Shown: positions 50,106 to 59,497 of the stretch, piece by piece
Layout of the letters: every line of letters starts with the position of its first letter
Numbering within the stretch: position 1 is the stretch's first letter
Assembly (NCBI GenBank): GCA_050012755.1
Contig: JBEKGO010000013.1
Span: forward strand, 1 to 64,000
Reading direction: 5' to 3'
Length of the DNA: 64,000 nt
From: Candidatus Bathyarchaeia archaeon
GTDB taxonomy: Archaea; Thermoproteota; Bathyarchaeia; Bathyarchaeales; Bathycorpusculaceae
Position numbers and translations under genes: made by a program
The notes under the pieces: generated by a model
The model's database searches: none
The model's input: the letters and a program-made list of their open reading frames with translations, nothing else
What the model was told of the DNA's origin: nothing

Positions 50106-50438
50106 TCATATCCTTCTAATTGTTGGTTCTCGCTTCCGTGATTGAAGCTGGATTAATATTCCTTTAAGCTGTGCATCTGAAAGTGGAATAGGCAACTTAC
50201 CTGTTTGCGCCATTTCAATCAGCTGCATCTCGATCTGCTCAGCAAATTCTTGCTTAACCATTTTTAGGTTATTTAGCCTCTCCCGAGCGTCAGGCGCCAA
50301 TATCTTAGCAAGCAACGCGTTTTTTTGAGCTTCTATTTGTTGTTCTTGGGATTGTCTTTGCTCATCATTTGCTCTTTGCTGCATTGACTGTAGTTTTCGC
50401 TTGCGGATTTGGTCAAGCTGATCATCCGACATTTTCAT
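50106..50438 (-). CDS. PDCD5/TFAR19-like dsDNA-binding protein
   Basis: [17 protein letters not shown]...LKGIL; synteny between rps19e and rpl39e. Confidence 0.92.
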   Translation of the reverse strand: MKMSDDQLDQIRKRKLQSMQQRANDEQRQSQEQQIEAQKNALLAKILAPDARERLNNLKMVKQEFAEQIEMQLIEMAQTGKLPIPLSDAQLKGILIQLQSRKREPTIRRI

Positions 50439-50902
50439 TATTCGCCTTGATATTTCTTGAGCTCAGGGATAGTTTTAACTATTTCTTTATTGAGGTCTCC
50501 AGCGACTTCTTGAAGAAGCTTGCGACCTTTAGGAGACATAACTCTGCCTTTAGGCTTAAATGTTTGAATTAAACCTGCAGTCTCAAGTTGCTGCAGAATC
50601 TTGCGGATGTTACTGCCGCCTCCTTTAACAGCATGGTTTTTCTTTACACCATTATTTTTTCTTCCGCCGTAGTCAGCTCGTAGTTTTTCTAATCCGATTG
50701 GTCCATGAATGTAAACTTTGCGAAGCACAGATGCACTTCGAGTGTACCACCAATTTGGATTCTGTGGCTGCTTTTCTACATGATTACCTGTTTTAGCGAA
50801 AGCTGCCCACGGAAGAGGCTGAACTTCATCAACGTTTTCTCTGAGATACTTTGCTAAACGATCGATGAATTTTGAAGCTGGAACGTCGTGAGGAGTCGTC
50901 AA
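50438..50902 (-). CDS. rps19e: 30S ribosomal protein S19e
   Basis: WWYTRSASVLRKVY, YGGRK, IRKILQQLE; TTG start at 50902. Confidence 0.96.
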   Translation of the reverse strand: MTTPHDVPASKFIDRLAKYLRENVDEVQPLPWAAFAKTGNHVEKQPQNPNWWYTRSASVLRKVYIHGPIGLEKLRADYGGRKNNGVKKNHAVKGGGSNIRKILQQLETAGLIQTFKPKGRVMSPKGRKLLQEVAGDLNKEIVKTIPELKKYQGE

Positions 50903-51025
50903 AGATACTCTTTTCCCTTGTTTTTCCTTGCAGTTAAACAATGAAGCCTAATATAAATATTATCTGATAGGAAAAGACTGCTAACGCAGCATAAACAAAG
51001 ACAGGTATTGTCTAAAAAAGAGAGG

Positions 51026-51331
51026 TTATTCTGCAGGTTCTTTTTCTTCTGCTCTGCGTTTTCTAAACAGAATAAAAACGTGACCTCTAACCTCAACTAG
51101 TGCAGCATTAGTTTTCTCTGCAGCCGTACATGCGATTGACTGAGCTGTTTTAGGCGTCTGCAATGCAGCGGGTAAAACTCTAACCTTCACCATTTTGTTT
51201 TTTTGAAGCTGCTTCTCAATTTCACCTATCAACTGATCAGTTAAGCCGTCTTTGCCAACCCAAATAGTTGGATTCTCATCTTTCAAAACATGTCTAACAT
51301 GCCGCTTCATTCTAGTCGTTATTTTGCTCAA
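51026..51331 (-). CDS. YhbY/CRS1 RNA-binding protein
   Basis: PTIWVGKDGLT...KMVKVRVL...VEVRGHVFILFR. Confidence 0.9.
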   Translation of the reverse strand: MSKITTRMKRHVRHVLKDENPTIWVGKDGLTDQLIGEIEKQLQKNKMVKVRVLPAALQTPKTAQSIACTAAEKTNAALVEVRGHVFILFRKRRAEEKEPAE

Positions 51332-51653
51332 GACGTTTCTGCTCCCCTTTCTTACCAAGTAACATACGGGTTTGGTATCCGCAGTTTAAACATGTTACTA
51401 CAGCATGAGACTCCCTTTTCTGCTTTATCCTAACGCGGCAGTTAACACCATGCACAAGCAGGGCATTGCAGTTTTTGCAGGTTTGCCGCTTAAACTCAAG
51501 GGGAAACCGTATTTTTGCTGCCATAGCGATTCGCCTTGCAGTTTTAACGTATTTTGCGGCTAGTTCCGGGTCAGATTTGGCAACGTGCTGTGCCTGTTCA
51601 AAGAGTATCTGAATACGCTGCCTCGCAATCTGCTTAATACTTGTCTGTTTCAT
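51312..51653 (-). CDS. rnp4: RNase P protein component 4 (Rpp21)
   Basis: IARQRIQILF, ARRIAM, CKNC...CRVR...CLNCG. Confidence 0.93.
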   Translation of the reverse strand: MKQTSIKQIARQRIQILFEQAQHVAKSDPELAAKYVKTARRIAMAAKIRFPLEFKRQTCKNCNALLVHGVNCRVRIKQKRESHAVVTCLNCGYQTRMLLGKKGEQKRLEQNND

Positions 51654-51765
51654 CAGCCAAAAGATAACAAAGCCTACACATAACACTTGCGTTTAAAGAA
51701 TAATATTTAATTTTGTTTTGTGCATAGAGGTCTGTTATTGACGGATTTTGCCGCAAGTTTTTTTC

Positions 51766-51878
51766 TTTGTGTTTTGGGCTGATTTCTTGATTTGGGGCTT
51801 AAAGTGATTGCAGGTTGCGTCATAAAAAGTCAAAATTAGTCAAAAAAAGTCTAAAAAAGTCAAGAAAAGTGAAGGGAT
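51766..51878. repeat. Leader-decamer element C (6 phased GT units)
   Basis: Leader 51766-51820; GT every 10 nt from 51819 to 51869. Confidence 0.9.
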
Positions 51879-51919
51879 AGAAGTGATCTATTCTTTTGTT
51901 TTTTCTGCCATTTTTGTTG

Positions 51920-52060
51920 TTTTTGTTTTGGGTTGTTTTTTTGGTTTAAAGCTTGAAACGTTTGCAGGTTGCGTCTCTATGCGTCTCCCTCCGTCTCCCT
52001 GCGTCTCCACCCGTCTCGTAGCGTCTCCTTGCGTCCCGAAAAGTCCTGAAAGTCTAAATT
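51920..52060. repeat. Leader-decamer element D (8 phased GTC units plus one at 9 nt)
   Basis: Leader 51920-51974; GTC every 10 nt from 51973 to 52043, then at 52052. Confidence 0.9.
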
Positions 52061-52134
52061 CTTATTCTTTGCGTTGGATTGCTTTATAACAGGCTTAAAT
52101 ATTTAGAATCGATAGTTTTATCTCAAAGGAAGAA

Positions 52135-52533
52135 GTGTCTCTGGTGACTCGGAAAGAAGAAGAAAAAAGTCTAGTTAAGAGATCAATGGATTTTTTGGAT
52201 ACAGCTGATTATCAGACAAGCAAAGGCTTTTATGATCTTGCAACCTTTAGCCTTGAACAAGCGCTAGAGCTTTTTTTGAAGGCAAAAGTATTGGCTGAAG
52301 GAGTTGATTATCCACGAACCCACAGTGTCAGAGCACTGTTGGAAATACTGTTAGACTTAGTGGTGGAAAAAAGAAAAACCATTATAAAAAATGTTATGGA
52401 AGACTATTTGCTTGAATTAGGTATGCTGGAAGATGGTTACATAACATCTAGGTACGTGATGAGAGAATTCAAAAAACCTGAGGTAGAAAAGCTAACAATA
52501 GCCGTTAAAGAGATAATGAAAAATGTCCAATGA
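52135..52533 (+). CDS. HEPN domain protein (HEPN-MNT pair)
   Basis: YDLATFSLEQALELFLKA, YPRTHSV, YITSRY. Confidence 0.9.
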   Translation: MSLVTRKEEEKSLVKRSMDFLDTADYQTSKGFYDLATFSLEQALELFLKAKVLAEGVDYPRTHSVRALLEILLDLVVEKRKTIIKNVMEDYLLELGMLEDGYITSRYVMREFKKPEVEKLTIAVKEIMKNVQ

Positions 52534-52840
52534 AACATTAGTGAAAACTGCGCTAAAAAGACAAGAAGTCTTCAAAAATTTAGACAAATACATTGGAATA
52601 ATTAACGAAACAGTTCATAAACTTGATCCAGAAGCGGAAACATACCTATTTGGTTCCGTTGCTGAGAAAGAAAATAACTACTCAAGCGACATAGACATTC
52701 TTATAGCAACAAAGTTATCTCCCGCCAAAATTAACTCCGAACTTTGGAAAGCAGACATAAAGGAACCCTTCGAAATTCATGTGCAACCACCAAAAAAACT
52801 AGCCTTTTACAAAAAAAGAGCCAAACTTGTAAAATTATAA
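52523..52840 (+). CDS. Minimal nucleotidyltransferase (MNT)
   Basis: YLFGSVAE...SDIDILI...PFEIH; overlaps the HEPN stop. Confidence 0.92.
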   Translation: MSNETLVKTALKRQEVFKNLDKYIGIINETVHKLDPEAETYLFGSVAEKENNYSSDIDILIATKLSPAKINSELWKADIKEPFEIHVQPPKKLAFYKKRAKLVKL

Positions 52841-52870
52841 TCGATACGCAGTGTCCTTTGATTTTTGTTC

Positions 52871-53003
52871 TTTGTATTTCAAGTTGCTTTTTTGTTTTGA
52901 AGCTCAAATTTTCTGCTGGCTGCGTACATAGAAGTACACGAAAGTACCAGCATGTACAAGGAGGTACCAGCAAGTACCAGCGCGGAAAAAAAAGGCTAAA
53001 AAA
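52871..53003. repeat. Leader-decamer element E (6 phased GTAC units plus 2 degenerate)
   Basis: Leader 52871-52925; GTAC every 10 nt from 52924 to 52974; GG at 52984 and 52994. Confidence 0.88.
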
Positions 53004-53008
53004 TACGT

Positions 53009-53899
53009 TCAATGTTTTTTCTGCGAAAGCTCAAACTTCAACTGCTTCAACGCTTCACCCATCGCAAGAGGCTTATGCTGCAGGGTACGCTGGGCTTTGG
53101 TTGTGTCAAGTGATGAATCCATCGGTCGTTTAGCTGGCCAGGTAAACTGCGAAGACAAAACCGGATCAATCAAGTTCTTATCTAAGCCAAAAGCATCAGC
53201 AATCAATTCTGCAAATTCAAACCGGCTAACCCGCGTGGCACCGCAAAGATGAAATGTTCCAGTCAGCCTGCGTTCAACAACATCAAGAGTCATCTCTGCC
53301 AAATTAGTATTCAAAGTCGGCGTATTCCACTGATCAGTAATTATCTTCACATGTTCCCCTTTTCGGAGAGTTTCAATTAGCCAAAGAGCAAAGTTGACTT
53401 TTCCAGCCGCAGGAGTTGAACCGTAAATCACGCTTGGCCGCGCAATAAAATATTCTGCCTGCGTTTTCACAATTTCTTCAGCTTTAAGCTTAGTTAATCC
53501 GTAATAATTAATCGGGGCGGGCTCGTCTGTCTCTTTGTAGTTGCCTTTTTCGCCACTGAAAACATAATCTGTTGAAATATAAATCAGAAAAGACCCCGCG
53601 CTTTTGGCTGCTTCAACAATATTTTTTGTTCCTTCAACATTTATTTTCCAAGCAAGCTCCTTGTTGAGCTCACACTTATCCACATCAGTCAAAGTTGCAG
53701 CATGAACCACAACATCAGGCTTAACCCGCTTAAACGCTTCATTAACCACTTCTCTATTTGAAACATCAAATTTAACGAAGTTACCACAAACGGGCAACTC
53801 CTGCACATCACAGCTATAAACCTCAAAATTCTTTTCGACAGCAAGCGCCGCTAGTTTTGAGCCATAAAGACCGCTGGCGCCCGTGATTAAAAGCTTCAA
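53009..53899 (-). CDS. rfbD: dTDP-4-dehydrorhamnose reductase
   Basis: LITGASGLYG, TDVDKCE, ISTDYVFSG, YYGLTK, AKRPMDSSL. Confidence 0.94.
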   Translation of the reverse strand: MKLLITGASGLYGSKLAALAVEKNFEVYSCDVQELPVCGNFVKFDVSNREVVNEAFKRVKPDVVVHAATLTDVDKCELNKELAWKINVEGTKNIVEAAKSAGSFLIYISTDYVFSGEKGNYKETDEPAPINYYGLTKLKAEEIVKTQAEYFIARPSVIYGSTPAAGKVNFALWLIETLRKGEHVKIITDQWNTPTLNTNLAEMTLDVVERRLTGTFHLCGATRVSRFEFAELIADAFGLDKNLIDPVLSSQFTWPAKRPMDSSLDTTKAQRTLQHKPLAMGEALKQLKFELSQKKH

Positions 53900-54903
53900 T
53901 GGTTGCCACCAAGTTTCCAAGGTGTTGGATGAAGAATTACTTCTGTGGCAAACGGTGTCCACCAATGTTCATTAGCAAGATACCATTGCACAGTTGACTC
54001 CAAAGATTTCTCAAAACTGCACTTAGTCTGCCAACCCAAAGAAGACCTTATCTTAGAAGAATCCAAACTGTACCTTGTATCATGACCAGGACGATCTTCA
54101 ACAAAAGTAATCAGGCTCTCAGATTTATGCAGCAACGCAATGATTTTTTTTGCGATTTCAATGTTGGCAATTTCGTTTCCAGCTGAAACATTGTAAATCT
54201 CCCCAGAGTTTCCTTTTTTGAGGACCGTAGCGATTGCTTCGCAGTGGTCTTGAACGTAAATCCAATCGCGTATGTTTTGTCCAGATCCATAGATAGGAAT
54301 CGGGAGATCCCGAAGCGCTCGGATTATGGTTTTTGGGATAAGTTTTTCTGGCAACTGGTAAGGACCAAAATTGTTGGTGCATCGGGTGATGGACACGTCT
54401 AGGCCAAAAGTTTTGTGGTAAGATATAACAAACATATCGGCAGCGGCTTTAGAAGCTGAGTAAGGATTAGACGGTTTAGGTGGATTATTCTCGGTGAAAG
54501 AACCTTCAAGTGTTTCCCCATAAACTTCGTCAGTTGAAACCTGCAAAAGCTTAGCCTTAGGATTATGTTTGCGTATCGCTTCTAAAATTGTAAAAGTACC
54601 AAGCGTGTTATTCTGCAAGAAAACGTAGGGATCAGCTATGCTTCTGTCTACATGAGTCTCCGCCGCAATGTTTACAATAGCATCCACTTGATGAATCAGT
54701 CTATTCATAAGCTGCGGGTTGCAAATATCACCCTTAATGAAAGTATAACGTTTGTCATTTTCAATATCGTGAAGATTCGCAGGGTTAGCGCCTATACCTA
54801 TTTTGTCGACATTTATCAATTCGTAATCAGGATTCACAGAGAGGATGTGCCTGCAGAAGTTGCTTCCGATAAAACCTAAACCACCAGTAACTAACAGTTT
54901 CAT
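53896..54903 (-). CDS. rfbB: dTDP-glucose 4,6-dehydratase
   Basis: GGLGFIGSNF, AAETHVDRSI, STDEVYG, YSASKA, PEKLIP, DRPGHD. Confidence 0.96.
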   Translation of the reverse strand: MKLLVTGGLGFIGSNFCRHILSVNPDYELINVDKIGIGANPANLHDIENDKRYTFIKGDICNPQLMNRLIHQVDAIVNIAAETHVDRSIADPYVFLQNNTLGTFTILEAIRKHNPKAKLLQVSTDEVYGETLEGSFTENNPPKPSNPYSASKAAADMFVISYHKTFGLDVSITRCTNNFGPYQLPEKLIPKTIIRALRDLPIPIYGSGQNIRDWIYVQDHCEAIATVLKKGNSGEIYNVSAGNEIANIEIAKKIIALLHKSESLITFVEDRPGHDTRYSLDSSKIRSSLGWQTKCSFEKSLESTVQWYLANEHWWTPFATEVILHPTPWKLGGNH

Positions 54904-54909
54904 AGTTTA

Positions 54910-55413
54910 TCACTTGTGAGGGGGATAATTCCAATCCCAAGGTTTACCGACACGTGTATCATCTTTTTTGCCATTAATAGTTTTGGGAATAAGTGTTGGG
55001 TCATTCCAAGGTCTACGCTCTTCATCAGGATGAGACGGATCATACAAGTTTGTGGTAAAGTAAATCAGCATAGCTGGTTCGTCTCCGAGGGCCTTAAAGC
55101 CATGCCAATAATGGCCAGGTATACGTACCAATTGCAAGTTTAGTGCACTTGAAATTACCTCGTTGAGTTCCTCTGTTTTTTCGTCGAAAACACCGATTTT
55201 TATAGAGCCTTTAAGCGCTAAAAAATAGTCTGTTTGCCCTTTAAGGTGCCTGTGCCATGCACGAATAATATTAGGATATGTAAATGAGAGATTGGCTTGC
55301 GCAACCGTATCTTCAACAAAAAGATCTTTCCAGTCCTTACGCATTACTTCACAGAAAAAGCCTCTCTCGTCGGGAAGTCGATTTATCGGTCTAATTGTAA
55401 TCCCTTTTAACAT
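54910..55413 (-). CDS. rfbC: dTDP-4-dehydrorhamnose 3,5-epimerase family protein
   Basis: DERGFF, IIRAWHRH, IPGHYWHGF; ATG at 55413. Confidence 0.92.
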   Translation of the reverse strand: MLKGITIRPINRLPDERGFFCEVMRKDWKDLFVEDTVAQANLSFTYPNIIRAWHRHLKGQTDYFLALKGSIKIGVFDEKTEELNEVISSALNLQLVRIPGHYWHGFKALGDEPAMLIYFTTNLYDPSHPDEERRPWNDPTLIPKTINGKKDDTRVGKPWDWNYPPHK

Positions 55414-55475
55414 TAGTTCTGCCTGCCAAACATATATTTTAAAAATATTTATAACATTTGTTGTATTCGCGGAGT

Positions 55476-56534
55476 TTAGACTTCTACTTCCGAGTAATCG
55501 CCTATGTGTAGTTTGATGGTGCGGTTTCTTTGGTTTCTCGTTACCTTGGCGTTTTTGCCAATTAAGCTGTCTTCTAGCCGTTCGACGTCTTTGATCGTTA
55601 CGTTTTCTTGTATAACACAATATTCAACATGAGAGTTGCTAATTGTTGAACAATCTCCGATGCTTGTGTATGGTCCTATGAAAGAGTTTTCGACTGACAC
55701 GTTTTTTCCTATTATGCAGGGTCCTCGGATTGTGCTATTTACGATTTTTGCGTCTGGTTCCACTTTAACTCTGCCGTCTACTATGCTGTTTGTTAGGTTT
55801 CCCCGGACATCATTCTTGATGTATTCGTCGAGTATTTTGGCGTTGGCGGAAAGGATGTCGTCTTTTTTGCCTGTGTCAAGCCACCATGAATTCAAGATTT
55901 CGGCTTTAACTAAGAAACCCATGTTGATCATCTCTTGGATAGCATCGGTAATTTCCAACTCCCCTCGCCAAGAGGGTTTTATTCTTTCTATTGCTTGGTG
56001 AACTTTGTTAGAGAAGAGATATGTCCCGATGATAGCAAGATTCCCCATGGGTGTTTTGGGTTTCTCAACTAATCGTGTAATGTTGCCTTTTTGATCTAGT
56101 TGGGCTATACCGAAACTTGATGGGTTTTCAACTTCTTTTAGAATAATTAATGCATCAAGATGCTCGTTTTTGAATTTTTTAACAAAGTTGGTCAAGCCTT
56201 GACCTGTAACGTTGTCGCCTAAACACATGACAAAAGAATCCTGCCCCAAAAAACGTTTGGCAGTCTTTACCGCATGTGCTAAGCCAAGGGGTTCCTGAGG
56301 AATATATTCCGCATTGAGGCCCCAGTTTGAGCCATCTTTGACATAATCCTTGACAAATTGTCCAGTTTCAGGTGCTGTAATTATGCCGACTTTTTTTATT
56401 GTGGTTGCTGCTACTTGGTCAAGAACGTACCCCAATATGGGTTTGTTAGCTACTGGTATGAGTTGTTTAGCGCAAGTGAAAGTTAAGGGTCTTAGTCTGG
56501 TGCCTTTGCCTCCGCTTAGAACAAGTGCTTTCAT
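55476..56534 (-). CDS. rfbA: Glucose-1-phosphate thymidylyltransferase, long form
   Basis: LSGGKGTRLRPLT, KQLIPVANKP, PSWRGELEITDA; hexapeptide-repeat C-terminus. Confidence 0.94.
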   Translation of the reverse strand: MKALVLSGGKGTRLRPLTFTCAKQLIPVANKPILGYVLDQVAATTIKKVGIITAPETGQFVKDYVKDGSNWGLNAEYIPQEPLGLAHAVKTAKRFLGQDSFVMCLGDNVTGQGLTNFVKKFKNEHLDALIILKEVENPSSFGIAQLDQKGNITRLVEKPKTPMGNLAIIGTYLFSNKVHQAIERIKPSWRGELEITDAIQEMINMGFLVKAEILNSWWLDTGKKDDILSANAKILDEYIKNDVRGNLTNSIVDGRVKVEPDAKIVNSTIRGPCIIGKNVSVENSFIGPYTSIGDCSTISNSHVEYCVIQENVTIKDVERLEDSLIGKNAKVTRNQRNRTIKLHIGDYSEVEV

Positions 56535-56676
56535 ATCAATCCCTAACTAAGGTTGGTTTTCGTTATGATTCGCTATCATAACAGGTTTAATAAGTTTATG
56601 TTGGAACGTGTTCTGTCTCTAGTTTGGTGTTGTTGTTATTTGGGAAGAATAAGAGCTGTGCTGCCATTTTTTGATC

Positions 56677-56790
56677 AACTTACTTTGAGTTGCTTTCTTG
56701 AAGCAAAGCTTAAATCGTTTGCAGGTGGCGTCCGTATTTGTATTGATTTGTACGGATTTGTGCGAAAATGTGCGGAAGAGGTTTATGCAA
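56677..56790. repeat. Leader-decamer element F (5 phased GT units plus 1 GG)
   Basis: Leader 56677-56731; GT every 10 nt from 56730 to 56770; GG at 56780. Confidence 0.85.
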
Positions 56791-56798
56791 CAGATAGG

Positions 56799-57206
56799 CT
56801 ATCCTATCCAGTAGGTTTCGGGCAGATTTTTGAAATGTTCGTCTCCGGTAATAATTTTGCATTGATTTGTTCTAGCCGTGGCATATACAATAGCGTCAAA
56901 TAGGCTCGGACTGTTTAGTTTAGTGATTTTTGCTTCTTTGGTGAGTTCTAAATGGCACTTTGCTGACTCTAAAGCTATTGTTAAGTCGATTTGGGTTATT
57001 ATTGAGGAAGCTGTGATTATTTCGAGCCATTCGCTGATGGTACTTTCATCAGTGCCTTCTCTGAGAAATTTTCTTGCAATTTCGGCTAAAACTGTGCCTG
57101 GAGTATATACTTCTTCAGCATTTTCAATTAATTCTTTTACTTTGTTGCCTTTTTCGCTTCCTATTAGCAGTTCAATCCAAGCATAGGTATCAATTACGAT
57201 CTTCAC
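56799..57206 (-). CDS. VapC-family PIN domain toxin
   Basis: VIDTYAWIE, VLAEI, SLFDAIVYATA, ITGDEHFK. Confidence 0.93.
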   Translation of the reverse strand: MKIVIDTYAWIELLIGSEKGNKVKELIENAEEVYTPGTVLAEIARKFLREGTDESTISEWLEIITASSIITQIDLTIALESAKCHLELTKEAKITKLNSPSLFDAIVYATARTNQCKIITGDEHFKNLPETYWIG

Positions 57207-57399
57207 CGCGATCTTCCTCGGTAAACGGTTTTATTCGGTTTCGAGCAATGCCAAAGCCTTTGTTAATAACTGCTTTGCGTTGTTTTTTAACTAGTAATTG
57301 TATCGTTTCATCAAGAGTCTGAGCATTTAACTTTTCGCGCATATGTTCAAGCGTTTCTGCTGTTTTCTTTGAAACCCGAATTGTTGTCGTTTCGTTCAT
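57190..57399 (-). CDS. VapB-type antitoxin (RHH-like)
   Basis: TTTIRVSKKTAETL...TLDETI; overlaps the PIN gene start. Confidence 0.85.
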   Translation of the reverse strand: MNETTTIRVSKKTAETLEHMREKLNAQTLDETIQLLVKKQRKAVINKGFGIARNRIKPFTEEDRGEDRN

Positions 57400-57473
57400 A
57401 TTTGTTCACTGATTAGTTTCCCGCATACAAGTAGATAAATATACTTGTTACATGTTGCTTAACTTCTAATATC

Positions 57474-59078
57474 TTACTCAGTTACTTGTTTTTGATTTTC
57501 TGCGTGTAGTATTTTTATTAGTTTCTCGAGCAGATTTATTATAGAATTCAATGGTTTACGGAGAATGCCCAGTCCATTTGAGATTTCTCGGAGATTAGTT
57601 AAATCAGACTTGTTAACCGTTCTGGTAACTATGGCTGTAGCAATGAAGACGATCACGAAAGTAATTAGGCCTATGATTAATTTTATCGGGTTTGAAAAGG
57701 CAAGTTGAGAAAGAAGAACATATGACACAATAGCGGCAAGTCCAGAAGAAAACAGAATTTTCCCTGAAGAAACCCAATCCACCGATACTCCGAAGTGCAT
57801 TTTGATGAATCGCAAACTTAGGAACAAGCTTGGAAGAGAAACAACCAACGAAGTAACAATTAAGCCTATAACACCAAACTTAGATATCAATATGAAACTC
57901 AGCGGAAAACCAATTGCTGCTGTTAAAACAGACATTTTCAAGTTGAATGTTGTGTAGCCTTGTCCGTTTATCAAGTTGCCTGCGCTTAAACTTCCTAAAG
58001 CGGTATAAAGATAAGTTATTGACGATAAAACCAAAAACAAAGGCGCGTCCACGTATCTGTTTGCAAATATCGTGCCTATACCAGGCTGGGCAAGAGCCAT
58101 AACCATAGTTGTAATTGGCACAACAATAACCGAAGCATATTTGACGGAATACTGAAAAACATTCTTGAAAAGTGCTTGATCTTTCTGGGCATCCAGTTTG
58201 GAGAATGCTGGAAACAGCATGGTTGTTACTGGTAGAGAAAAGAAGGTAATCAAAACAACGAAGTTTAACGCTACCGTGTAATTACCAATGATGGCGTTGT
58301 TTGATACGTAAATTGCCATAATCCAGCTGTAGAATTGGACTAAAAATCCTGTTAAAATGCCGCCTATCGATATTGGTAAACCGTACTTGAACATGGTTTT
58401 AGTTGTGGCTATGATTTCTATTTTGCTGCTGGTTGGTTTGGGGAAGGATTTGTAAATTGTGAACATTAAAAATATGCCAGTTAGTCCTGCTATTAGAGAG
58501 GCATATGTGAAACCTGTAACTGCTCCCAAGGTGCCTAAGCCGAAGAGAACGAGTGTAACTATTAAGGCGGTTTTGACTATTGATTGAACTATTAGCATAA
58601 TGCTGTTTAGGTGCATTGTTTCCATGCCAGTGAAGGCTGCAGTTGCCGCGTTAATCAAGCCACCAATCAAGATGAAAAAAGATGCTATTTGAATAAGTGC
58701 AGTTATGGCTGGACGGTTAAAGATCGTGGCTAAAAAGCCAGAAAGAGTAAAAGAGAAAAGTGAGAGCAATAAACCTAAGACTATCTCGAAGAGTAGACCT
58801 GAAACAAAAACGCTTCTTATTTTCGCTACGTTGTTTTCGCTGTTGTATTGGGCTGAGTATTTGATTATTGCTGTATTGATTCCCCAGTCTCGAAAATTGG
58901 CGATCAAATTTGGGGCGGCAAGCGCAACAGCGTATAAACCGTAGTTGTCAGCGCCTAGAAGTCCAGCGATAATAATGGTGCCTACGGCTGAGATGAGTGT
59001 AGAGGCAACTAACCCCCATAGGAGATGAAAACCGCCTTTGGCTGAAACTCGCGCCATCTCAGTAGATTTAGTAGTCAT
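57474..59078 (-). CDS. Wzx/MOP-family oligosaccharide flippase
   Basis: LLGADNYGLY, DWGINTAIIKY, LFPAFSKL; about 14 TM. Confidence 0.9.
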   Translation of the reverse strand: MTTKSTEMARVSAKGGFHLLWGLVASTLISAVGTIIIAGLLGADNYGLYAVALAAPNLIANFRDWGINTAIIKYSAQYNSENNVAKIRSVFVSGLLFEIVLGLLLSLFSFTLSGFLATIFNRPAITALIQIASFFILIGGLINAATAAFTGMETMHLNSIMLIVQSIVKTALIVTLVLFGLGTLGAVTGFTYASLIAGLTGIFLMFTIYKSFPKPTSSKIEIIATTKTMFKYGLPISIGGILTGFLVQFYSWIMAIYVSNNAIIGNYTVALNFVVLITFFSLPVTTMLFPAFSKLDAQKDQALFKNVFQYSVKYASVIVVPITTMVMALAQPGIGTIFANRYVDAPLFLVLSSITYLYTALGSLSAGNLINGQGYTTFNLKMSVLTAAIGFPLSFILISKFGVIGLIVTSLVVSLPSLFLSLRFIKMHFGVSVDWVSSGKILFSSGLAAIVSYVLLSQLAFSNPIKLIIGLITFVIVFIATAIVTRTVNKSDLTNLREISNGLGILRKPLNSIINLLEKLIKILHAENQKQVTE

Positions 59079-59284
59079 ATTACTTGCCAGATCACTGTTG
59101 AGTCGTAAATTAAACTGATGTTTGCATAGCTATGTTTATCACTTTTGGTCTTGAGCATTAAGATTTGCAGTAATTTGTACTCTTCCTTGCCGGTCTGCCA
59201 ATGTTTGTGAGAGCGATTTTGATTTCAATTTTTCGCTTGGCTGGAAGGGACTTTCTTACGAGGGAAATTGAGGGAGAGAAATCA

Positions 59285-59497
59285 TTAGGATAAAAATTGT
59301 TTTGAACCTGCAAAAAGACTAAAGAGCAGATTGCTGGTAAACGTCGAATTACCTGTTCCTGCACCACTGTGGGATGTATCGGCGTGAAACATTATCCAGT
59401 CAGCGTTTGCAAACAGAATCAAAACTAAGCTGAAAAGAAAAATCGTACAAACCACTACTGCGACTACACGAAACTTGTTCATGCTGACAAACTCCAT
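59285..59497 (-). pseudogene. Truncated N-terminus of a PQQ-like beta-propeller surface protein
   Basis: Signal peptide plus ADWIMFHADTSHSG, then the frame ends abruptly. Confidence 0.55.

Noticed and set aside
51883-53133. ORF-track frames over the elements (51883-52089, 52731-53012, 52744-53133; also 56553-56903)
   Set aside because: A 10-nt period is incompatible with a coding repeat, and the shared minus-frame TQPA... peptide hits stops in copies A and F.
49107-56790. Decamer arrays as CRISPR arrays
   Set aside because: The period is 10 nt with 2-4 conserved bases; there are no 23-47 nt repeats with unique spacers and no cas genes in the window.
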